A stretch of DNA of 42,021 bases from a virus. The position numbers and the translations under genes are program-made. Where the stretch lies: the UHGV virus genome UHGV-0390817; one strand, given 5' to 3'. Of the stretch, positions 34,652-42,021 are shown piece by piece. The notes under the pieces were generated by a model. It made no database searches and was not told the origin of the DNA. It was given only the letters and a program-made list of their open reading frames with translations. Position 1 is the stretch's first letter. Each line of letters starts with the position of its first letter.

Positions 34652-34819
34652 ATGTTTGATATATCAAGACGTATAACGGCCCTGGAGTTTGCCCTTGATT
34701 ACACACCAGGACAAGATGACAACCACAGCCACAGTGTACTGTTGGAGATGTTGGACGAGCTTAGGGCAAAAGAGATGGACCCCAGCGGCGGCAACCGCAA
34801 GAGGCCCATGGACAAATAG
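34652..34819 (+). CDS. small hypothetical protein (55 aa)
   Basis: The RBS gggaggtg precedes the ATG. Not in the ORF track. Confidence 0.3.
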   Translation: MFDISRRITALEFALDYTPGQDDNHSHSVLLEMLDELRAKEMDPSGGNRKRPMDK

Positions 34820-34883
34820 TTTAGCACATTCTTATTGTAAGGGATTATGGCTGAAAAATCAACCATAAAAGGAGGCACGCCGC

Positions 34884-35021
34884 ATGAGCTATTATATCCG
34901 ATGCCCTCATTGTGGGGCCTATCTTGACCCGGGGGAGAAATGCTCCTGCAGGGAAGAGAATACAACGGAAACCATGAATATGAAAACGGAGGAAAACGAA
35001 GATGGCAAACATGAACATTAA
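34884..35021 (+). CDS. small zinc-ribbon protein (45 aa; CPHCG...CSC)
   Basis: The RBS aaaggaggc precedes the ATG. It overlaps the next gene by 20 nt. Confidence 0.3.
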   Translation: MSYYIRCPHCGAYLDPGEKCSCREENTTETMNMKTEENEDGKHEH

Positions 35022-35481
35022 TATTACAGGACTCGATACAATCGCACAGGCAATCAATAACCTGGCGCAGGCGTTAGGAAAGGGAGGAATGACTGCTTCC
35101 TTTAGTGAATCTACTCCTGCCGGCCCGCAGTCAACGCAGATGGCTGGGAACTATCAGAACCCAGGACCGGTAACTTCGGGGCCGCAGCAGTCAGGCCTTC
35201 CTGGTACTGGTACTGCAGCTGCAGGACAGCCGGGTATGATGCAATACCAACAGCCTTTCACGGGCCAGGCCGGTCAGGGAGCACTGCCAACGACAGCCAC
35301 CACACAATCCTATACCCAGGACCAGATAGCCATTGCACTGACCGGACTCATCGACCAGGGCAAGCGGGACTATGTGACGCAGATACTGGGACAGTTTGGC
35401 GCAATGTCCCTTATGCAAGTGCCGGTTGAACGGTATCCGGAACTTGTGACGCAGTTGAGAGGGGCAGGTGCAAACATCTAA
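35002..35481 (+). CDS. Gln/Gly-rich hypothetical early protein
   Basis: The RBS acggagga precedes the ATG. 159 aa. Confidence 0.5.
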   Translation: MANMNINITGLDTIAQAINNLAQALGKGGMTASFSESTPAGPQSTQMAGNYQNPGPVTSGPQQSGLPGTGTAAAGQPGMMQYQQPFTGQAGQGALPTTATTQSYTQDQIAIALTGLIDQGKRDYVTQILGQFGAMSLMQVPVERYPELVTQLRGAGANI

Positions 35482-36704
35482 TGGCAGAAGAGAGGAAACA
35501 CGCGTTGTTGTCGGCATCCAGTGCCAAACGATGGATAAACTGCCCGCCATCTGCGAGACTGTCCGAAGCATTTCCGGAATCAACCTCTGACTACGCGGAA
35601 GAAGGTACGCTGGCTCACGATATCTGTGAGTTGAAGCTGCGGAAATTGTTCATTGAGCCGGGTATGCCAGAAAAGACATTCAAAACTGCACACAATCAAT
35701 TAAAGAAGCACGGGCAGTATGACCCTGAGATGGAGCGCTATACGGACGAATATGTGGACTACATACAGAAGATAGCCTACAGCTATCCGGTGCCGCCTAA
35801 GATTGTGATTGAAAAGGAAGTCCATTACGGGCATGTTGCCCGGGATGGCTACGGCTTCTCTGACTGTATCATTCTGAGCGGTACAGACTGCCATGTGGTG
35901 GATTTCAAGTATGGTAAGGGCATTACAGTCAGTGCGGAGGAAAATCCGCAGATGATGCTGTATGCGGTCGGGGCTATTGCTGAGTACGGAATTGTATTTC
36001 CTGTAGAACGGGTCATCCTGCATATTGTGCAGCCACGGACAAAGAATTTCTCCCGATGGGAACTTTCAGCCAGTCGGCTCCACACCTGGTCAGAGCAGAC
36101 CGTAAAGCCTGCAGCGGAACTGGCCTGGGAAGGCAAGGGAGATTTTAGGCAGGGCTCCTGGTGTGACGACTGCTTCTGTCCTGCCGCGGGAACCTGCCGG
36201 TTCCGGATGGAGGAAAACATGGCGGCCCTGCAGAAACATACGGACCCAATTACAGGGAAGATGATACCCGCAGAACTCCTGACCAATGATGAAATTGGCT
36301 CCCTCCTTCCCCTTCTCGAATTCGTAGCACCCTGGATCAAGAAGGTCCGCGCGGCCGCTCTCGACAAACTGCTGGCGGATGAGGATGTTCCAGGGTGGAA
36401 ACTGGTGGAGGGCAGGAGCAACCGGGAGCTCCCCGACCCAGATAAGGCGTATGCCGCGTTGGTGGAGGCCGGATATAAGAAGGCCCTGTTTTACGAGCGG
36501 ATTCCGGTAACACTGACTGAGGCGGAGAAACTGATCAATAAGGATGACTACAACACAATCCTTATGCCGTTTATTGTGAAACCAAAAGGAAAACCCACGC
36601 TTGCACCTAAGGAGGACAAGCGTCCACCATACCAAAAGGACACTACCCCACAGGAGGATTTCGGTGGGGAGAATCAATATAAGGAGGAAGAAAAAACATG
36701 TTAG
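35481..36704 (+). CDS. PD-(D/E)XK nuclease (DUF2800 or Cas4-like, with a C-terminal Cys cluster)
   Basis: The N-terminus LSASSAKRWINCPPSARL is typical of DUF2800. The Cys cluster CDDCFCPAAGTC is present. Confidence 0.7.
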   Translation: MAEERKHALLSASSAKRWINCPPSARLSEAFPESTSDYAEEGTLAHDICELKLRKLFIEPGMPEKTFKTAHNQLKKHGQYDPEMERYTDEYVDYIQKIAYSYPVPPKIVIEKEVHYGHVARDGYGFSDCIILSGTDCHVVDFKYGKGITVSAEENPQMMLYAVGAIAEYGIVFPVERVILHIVQPRTKNFSRWELSASRLHTWSEQTVKPAAELAWEGKGDFRQGSWCDDCFCPAAGTCRFRMEENMAALQKHTDPITGKMIPAELLTNDEIGSLLPLLEFVAPWIKKVRAAALDKLLADEDVPGWKLVEGRSNRELPDPDKAYAALVEAGYKKALFYERIPVTLTEAEKLINKDDYNTILMPFIVKPKGKPTLAPKEDKRPPYQKDTTPQEDFGGENQYKEEEKTC

Positions 36705-37453
36705 TTGGAAGATTCAGGGCAAGTTACGCCCATGTGTTTGAGCCATCTACACCGCCAGGTGGTGGGGAGGCCAAATATCAGATAACCATGCTTATCCCAA
36801 AATCCGATGTGAATACATACAATGCAATTGTGGCAGAAATGAACCGTGCTCTTCAGGAGGGGCTGCAGAAAACGTTTGGCGGCCAGATGCCGGCAAGGCC
36901 ATCCATGCCCCTGTATGACGGTGACGGGACCAAACAGAACGGAGAGCCCTGGGGAGAGGAGTGCCGGGGCCATTGGGTACTGCGTGCATCAAGCAGGACC
37001 AGGCCTTCCGTGGTGGATATCAACATCCAGCCAATCCTTGACCCAAATGCATTTTATTCCGGCTGCTATGCCCGGGCAACCGTCAACTTTTATCCATACA
37101 ATACAAATGGTAACCGCGGAGTGGGATGCGGACTTAACAACGTGCAGAAAATTGCCGACGGGGAACCCCTGTCCGGCAGGACGACAGCAGAAGAAGACTT
37201 CGGCGGGTCCAATGCGTATGCAGGTTCCGCGGCAGCCCCGAACGGGTACGGCCAGCCGGCATATCAGGCTATGGGGTATTCCCAACCTGCACAGCAAATG
37301 CAGCCATACCAGCAGCCAGCAATGGGCGGATATCCTTCCGCAATGGCGTCTGGGTATTCAGCACCGCAGCCGGGGGCCCTGCCGCAGTACCAGCAGGCGA
37401 TTGACCCGGTGACGGGAAGGCCGCTGCCAGCCGGGGGAGTGATGGGGATTTGA
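36698..37453 (+). CDS. DUF2815-like phage ssDNA-binding protein
   Basis: The N-terminus MLVGRFRASYAHVFEP and a Gln/Pro/Tyr-rich tail are present. It is paired with a DUF2800 protein and a polA gene, a known cassette. Confidence 0.6.
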   Translation: MLVGRFRASYAHVFEPSTPPGGGEAKYQITMLIPKSDVNTYNAIVAEMNRALQEGLQKTFGGQMPARPSMPLYDGDGTKQNGEPWGEECRGHWVLRASSRTRPSVVDINIQPILDPNAFYSGCYARATVNFYPYNTNGNRGVGCGLNNVQKIADGEPLSGRTTAEEDFGGSNAYAGSAAAPNGYGQPAYQAMGYSQPAQQMQPYQQPAMGGYPSAMASGYSAPQPGALPQYQQAIDPVTGRPLPAGGVMGI

Positions 37454-39414
37454 GGACCCTGAGTATTGACATAGAAACATATAGCAGTGTAGACATCCGG
37501 AAATCAGGGCTGTACAAATATGTACAGTCCCCTGATTTTGAAATCCTTCTGTTTGCCTATGCTTATGACGATAATCCGGTACAGGTCGTAGACCTGGCAC
37601 AGGGGGAGAAAATCCCGTATTTCACGGTCATGGATCTGCACAGGCCCGAAGTCATGAAGACGGCATTCAATGCAGCATTTGAATATTACTGCCTCAGTAA
37701 GTTCTTTGAGACACATCTGGAGCAATGGCAATGCACCATGGTCCATGCCTGGTACTGCGGATATGCAGGAGGGCTGGACGCCATCGGCAGGGCCATGGAA
37801 TTTCCCGAAGACAAGCGGAAACTGTCTACTGGTAAGTCCCTGATTAAATATTTCTGTACCCCATGCGCCCGTACGAAACGGAACGGTGGGCGTACCAGGA
37901 ATCTTCCGGAACATGCCCCGGATAAGTGGAAGCTGTTTAAGGAATACTGTGGCCAGGATGTGGTGACCGAACGGGAAATCAAGAACCGGCTGGCGGAATA
38001 TCCCGTGCCTGCATTTGAGCATCAGTTATGGGTGATTGACCAGACCATTAACATCGGCGGGGTGGCCCTCGATACGGTCCTGATAGACGGAGCATTGGCA
38101 ATCAGTGCCCAAATGACGGAGGAACTCACGGAAAAGGCCCGGGATATCACAGGGCTGGAGAATCCGAACAGCGTAGCCCAGCTCAAACAATGGGTCATAG
38201 ACAATGCGGACGTGGAGATAGAGAGCCTGAACAAGCAGACGGTTGCAGACCTCCTGGCTCAGGAATCCGGAACCGATGACGTACAGGCTATGCTTCGGAT
38301 ACGTCAGGAGATGGCAAAGACCTCGGTGAAGAAGTACCAGGCCATGCAGGATGCGTTGTGTGATGATGGCCGGGTGCGCGGGCTCCTGCAGTTCTATGGG
38401 GCCTGCCGTACGGGAAGATGGGCCGGAAGGCTCGTGCAGGTGCAGAACCTGCCGCGTAACTATATTGACAGCCTGGATACGGCCAGGGAGCTTGTACAGA
38501 AACAAAAAATGGATGCCCTCCGGGTTATATATGGGAATGTGCCTGACACGCTCTCTCAGCTTATACGCACGGCCTTTATACCGGGAGACGGGTATATGTT
38601 CGCCGTGGCCGATTTCTCAGCCATAGAAGCGCGTGTGATTGCCTGGCTGGCCGGGGAGGAATGGCGTCTGGAGGTGTTCCGGACACACGGGAAGATTTAC
38701 GAGGCTTCGGCCAGTACCATGTTCGGGGTACCGATAGAGAAGATAAGGAAGGGGAACCCGGAGTACGCCCTGCGCAGTAAGGGAAAGGTCGCAGAGCTTG
38801 CCCTGGGATACCAGGGAGCCGCCGGAGCACTTATCCAGATGGGCGCCCTGCGGATGGGCCTTCATGAGGAAGAACTGCCGGACATCGTACAGAGATGGCG
38901 GGCATCAAACAAACGGATTGTGGACCTGTGGTACAGCATAGAGCGGCACGCGGCGGAATGCGTGGAATATGGTGTGATATCATCCCTGCCGAACGGCATT
39001 TCCTTCTCAAGGGACGCAGACCGGATGATGATCACTCTGCCGAGCGGCCGTAAGCTGTTCTACCTTAAACCCCGGATGATTCCGGACGAGAGGAATTACA
39101 AGCGGATATATTTCATGGGGCAGAATCAAAAGAGCCATAAGTGGGATCTGCTCCCGACCTACGGCGGCAAGCTCACGGAGAATATCGTACAGGCCGTGGC
39201 AAGAGACTGCCTGGCCAACGCCATGGTGAACCTGCATACGGCAGGATACCGGATTAACTTCCACATCCATGACGAGGTGATACTGGAAATTCCCAAGGGC
39301 GGCAGGCAGAGTCTGGAGGAGGCAATAAGCCTCATGTGCAGGCCTCCGGCATGGGCTGAGGGGCTTCCTCTGAATGCGGATGGATTCACAGGAGATTATT
39401 ACAAAAAGGAGTAG
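37450..39414 (+). CDS. family A DNA polymerase (3'-5' exonuclease plus polymerase domains)
   Basis: The N-terminal exonuclease motif LSIDIETYS is present. Polymerase motif B RSKGKVAELALGYQG and motif C HIHDEVILE are present. Confidence 0.9.
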   Translation: MRTLSIDIETYSSVDIRKSGLYKYVQSPDFEILLFAYAYDDNPVQVVDLAQGEKIPYFTVMDLHRPEVMKTAFNAAFEYYCLSKFFETHLEQWQCTMVHAWYCGYAGGLDAIGRAMEFPEDKRKLSTGKSLIKYFCTPCARTKRNGGRTRNLPEHAPDKWKLFKEYCGQDVVTEREIKNRLAEYPVPAFEHQLWVIDQTINIGGVALDTVLIDGALAISAQMTEELTEKARDITGLENPNSVAQLKQWVIDNADVEIESLNKQTVADLLAQESGTDDVQAMLRIRQEMAKTSVKKYQAMQDALCDDGRVRGLLQFYGACRTGRWAGRLVQVQNLPRNYIDSLDTARELVQKQKMDALRVIYGNVPDTLSQLIRTAFIPGDGYMFAVADFSAIEARVIAWLAGEEWRLEVFRTHGKIYEASASTMFGVPIEKIRKGNPEYALRSKGKVAELALGYQGAAGALIQMGALRMGLHEEELPDIVQRWRASNKRIVDLWYSIERHAAECVEYGVISSLPNGISFSRDADRMMITLPSGRKLFYLKPRMIPDERNYKRIYFMGQNQKSHKWDLLPTYGGKLTENIVQAVARDCLANAMVNLHTAGYRINFHIHDEVILEIPKGGRQSLEEAISLMCRPPAWAEGLPLNADGFTGDYYKKE

Positions 39415-39418
39415 GCTT

Positions 39419-41881
39419 ATGTTCGTGAATGACAGGAAAATCAGAATATCAGTAGGTACGAGCAGGAAAGCCACGTCATGGCACCGGCAGGAGCTCCTGT
39501 GGTCGGACTTCGTCCAACGGATATCCAGGCCGGAACGCACGGGTGAAACCTTTGCGGAGTATAAAGGGCTTACGAAGGCGCGTCAGGATGAATTAAAGGA
39601 TGTCGGAGGCTTTGTCGGCGGGGAACTGAACGGGGAGGCCCGCAGGAATGAGAACGCCGGTGACAGGCACCTGGTGACACTGGATGCGGACAACATCATC
39701 CCGGGAGGGACACAGGCGGTTCTGAATGCCGTGGAGGCACTGGGGTGTTCCTATGCCGTATATTCCACAAGGAAACATGAGGGCGCGGCCCCCAGGCTGC
39801 GCATCATCCTCCCGTTGGACGTGGCATGCACGGCCGATGAATATGAGCCTATAGCCCGGAAGGTGGCGGCTTTCCTGGGGATACAGATATTTGACCCTAC
39901 CACGTTTGAGCCGGTCCGGCTCATGTACTGGCCAAGCTGCAGCGCGGACAGCGAGTATGTATTTCTTTATGGGGATAAGCCATTCCTGTCAAAGGACGGG
40001 GTTCTAAGGCTCTACCAAAACTGGCGCAACGTGGCAGAATGGCCTGAGGTACCGGGGGCCGCAAAGCTCCGCGACCGGTCGGCAAAGAAACAGGGTAACC
40101 CGCTGGAAAAGCAGGGGGTGGTAGGCGCGTTCTGCCGGGCATACGATGTGACGGAAGCCATCGCACAGTTTATACCGGATGCGTACATCCCCTGCGGGGA
40201 GGGCCGGTATACATACAGCGAGGGATCAACCATGGGCGGCGCCGTATTATATGACGGCGGGAACTTCCTGTACAGCCACCATGCCACGGATCCGGCCAGC
40301 GGGAAACTCTGCAACGCGTTCGACCTGGTCCGCCTCCATAAATTCAACGAGGAGGATTATGACGCGAAACCGGAAACCCCAGTGACACAGCTGCCATCAT
40401 TTAAGGCCATGTGTGAGTTTGCCCTGCAGCAGGAGCCGGTATCCAAGGCAATGGCCCTGGAGCGGTACAGGAAGGCTCAGGAGGACTTTTCACAGCCTGA
40501 CCAGGGGGAGACAGAGGTAGTCCCGGATTTTGAATGGATGGGAGAGCTTAAGTGCAGCTCACGGACAGGGCAGCCCCTCAATACCATCGACAATGTCCTC
40601 ATTATACTGAACCATGACCCAAAACTGAACGGGCGGTTCTGGCATGATGAGTTCGCAAACAGGGCGGTTGTTGGACAGGCCATGCCTTGGGAGGCGCCGA
40701 AGGACAATTACAAGCTGAGAGCCTGGGCGGACGAGGATGACTCCGGGCTCAGGCATTATATAGAGAAAGTATACGGGATAACCGGGAAAGAGAGGATATA
40801 TGATGCAATGGCTGTATATGCGACAAACCATAAGCAGCATAAGATAAGGGAATATCTGACCGGGCTGGTCTGGGATGGTATTCCTCGTATTGATACCCTG
40901 CTGACTGATTATTTTGGGGCGGAGGACAGTACCTATACAAGGGAAGCCATGCGCAAGACATTGACGGCAGCCGTGGCCAGGGCAATGGTTCCGGGAATTA
41001 AGTTTGACAGCATGCTGATACTGTCAGGAGCCCAGGGAGTGGGAAAGAGTACCTTCTTCCGCTTCCTGGGAAGGGACTGGTATTCTGACAGCCTGGCAAC
41101 GTTTGAGGGCAAAGACGCCGCGGAGCTCATACAGGGATATTGGATTATAGAAGCCGGGGAACTGGCCGGTATGAATAAGTCAGAAATGAACACAGTCAAA
41201 CAGTTCATGAGTAAAACAGAAGATGTCTACAGGGAGCCGTACGGAAGGCGGACGAAGCCATTTCCGCGTTCCTGCATCATCGTAGGAACAACCAATGACA
41301 AAGAGTTCTTGAAAGACCAGACAGGCAACAGGCGGTTCTGGCCGATTGACCTTGGAAAAATCCCCAGCAGAAAAAATGTGTTTGGGCAGCTGCCGGGTGA
41401 GGTGGACCAGATTTGGGCGGAGGCCTTTATGAGATGGCAGTGCGGCGAGAAGCTGTTTCTGGAGGGAGCCGTGGCGGAAGAAGCGGTACGCCAGCAGGAG
41501 GAGCATAAGGAAAGCAATCCTAAGGAGGGTATCATCCGGGAGTTCCTGGGCAGAAAGATACCGGTTGACTGGAGCCGGAAGGACCTGGCAGCCAGGAGAG
41601 AGTTCTGGAACTTTGCGGGGCGGGATTATGATGAGAACCTGCTTTTGCCGCGTGACAGGGTGTGCGCAGCAGAGATATGGTGTGAATGCTTTTATGGGGA
41701 TTTGAAGATGATGAAGAAGTCGGATGCCCATGAAATCAACAGCATACTATCCGGTCTGCCTGGATGGGAACGGAGCTCCGGAGCCATTCCATTCGGCCCA
41801 TACTATGGAAAACAGAGGGGACATGTCTTAAGCCAGGAGGCAAGATTAGATTGTCGCCCGGCAACATTCCAAAAATTGTAA
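39419..41881 (+). CDS. primase/helicase (primase-polymerase N-terminus, P-loop D5/VirE-like C-terminus)
   Basis: Walker A GAQGVGKST is present. The protein is about 820 aa and adjacent to the polymerase gene. The start is taken at the ATG after the RBS aaaaaggag. Confidence 0.75.
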   Translation: MFVNDRKIRISVGTSRKATSWHRQELLWSDFVQRISRPERTGETFAEYKGLTKARQDELKDVGGFVGGELNGEARRNENAGDRHLVTLDADNIIPGGTQAVLNAVEALGCSYAVYSTRKHEGAAPRLRIILPLDVACTADEYEPIARKVAAFLGIQIFDPTTFEPVRLMYWPSCSADSEYVFLYGDKPFLSKDGVLRLYQNWRNVAEWPEVPGAAKLRDRSAKKQGNPLEKQGVVGAFCRAYDVTEAIAQFIPDAYIPCGEGRYTYSEGSTMGGAVLYDGGNFLYSHHATDPASGKLCNAFDLVRLHKFNEEDYDAKPETPVTQLPSFKAMCEFALQQEPVSKAMALERYRKAQEDFSQPDQGETEVVPDFEWMGELKCSSRTGQPLNTIDNVLIILNHDPKLNGRFWHDEFANRAVVGQAMPWEAPKDNYKLRAWADEDDSGLRHYIEKVYGITGKERIYDAMAVYATNHKQHKIREYLTGLVWDGIPRIDTLLTDYFGAEDSTYTREAMRKTLTAAVARAMVPGIKFDSMLILSGAQGVGKSTFFRFLGRDWYSDSLATFEGKDAAELIQGYWIIEAGELAGMNKSEMNTVKQFMSKTEDVYREPYGRRTKPFPRSCIIVGTTNDKEFLKDQTGNRRFWPIDLGKIPSRKNVFGQLPGEVDQIWAEAFMRWQCGEKLFLEGAVAEEAVRQQEEHKESNPKEGIIREFLGRKIPVDWSRKDLAARREFWNFAGRDYDENLLLPRDRVCAAEIWCECFYGDLKMMKKSDAHEINSILSGLPGWERSSGAIPFGPYYGKQRGHVLSQEARLDCRPATFQKL

Positions 41882-41972
41882 AAGGCAACAACGGGAACAG
41901 GATGCAACAATCCAATGTTGCTGTAAAAACCCTTGATTTTCAAGGCTTAAGCCCTTAAGCAACAGTAGCAAC
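41861..41972. repeat. cluster of GCAACA iteron-like repeats (five direct copies, one inverted), a CCTTGA-ttt-TCAAGG hairpin and a GGCTTAAGCC palindrome; a putative replication origin
   Basis: Direct copies at 41861, 41884, 41903, 41958 and 41967. The inverted copy TGTTGC is at 41916. The hairpin lies at 41930-41944. AT-rich sequence follows. Confidence 0.45.
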
Positions 41973-42021
41973 ATTCTTATATATAAAAATATAAAATAAA
42001 GGGTAATGTATATATAATACC

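Noticed and set aside
36846-37412. Alternative-frame 188-aa ORF inside the DUF2815-like gene
   Set aside because: It is an overlapping out-of-frame ORF with an Arg/Pro/Cys-rich translation. The DUF2815-like frame has recognisable family features.
1-42021. CRISPR arrays, rRNA/tRNA genes and IS-type mobile elements
   Set aside because: No direct-repeat/spacer periodicity, no recognisable tRNA or rRNA structures and no transposase-like ORFs were seen anywhere in the window.

Overview
This 42 kb window looks like an entire temperate siphovirus genome, not an integrated prophage. The host is probably a low-GC Gram-positive bacterium, likely a spore-forming member of the Clostridia. There are no host flanking genes, and the replication module is split across the two window ends, so the sequence seems to be a circular or circularly permuted assembly. 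Starting at base 1, the modules are: replication genes (VRR-NUC nuclease, SNF2 helicase, OB-fold protein), small early genes, an ArpU-like late regulator, an AT-rich two-gene accessory island, terminase small and large subunits, portal, a MuF-family head protein with an extra C-terminal domain, scaffold, major capsid, head-tail connectors, major tail protein, chaperones, a 1015-aa tape measure protein, tail tip and fibre proteins, holin, and an NlpC/P60 endolysin with cell-wall-binding repeats. The minus-strand lysogeny block follows: a stand-alone Spo0A C-terminal domain gene, a large serine integrase, two membrane-protein morons, an ImmA-like protease and an ImmR/cI-like repressor. A divergent Cro-like gene with a CCGTTAACGG operator switch comes next, then small early genes, a PD-(D/E)XK (DUF2800-like) nuclease, a DUF2815-like protein, a family A DNA polymerase and a primase/helicase. 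An ori-like iteron and AT-rich region sits at the window junction. The most interesting candidates are: (1) a foreign, AT-rich operon of a 327-aa protein plus a 4-TM protein inserted between the late regulator and the small terminase, a putative anti-phage or abortive-infection system; (2) a phage-encoded Spo0A DNA-binding domain with no receiver domain; (3) a MuF protein carrying a toxin-like C-terminal module followed by a small acidic candidate immunity gene; (4) a 16-bp palindrome repeated next to intrinsic terminators inside the late operon, including one directly in front of the endolysin gene. All calls were made by eye from the sequence and the ORF track; no database searches were run.
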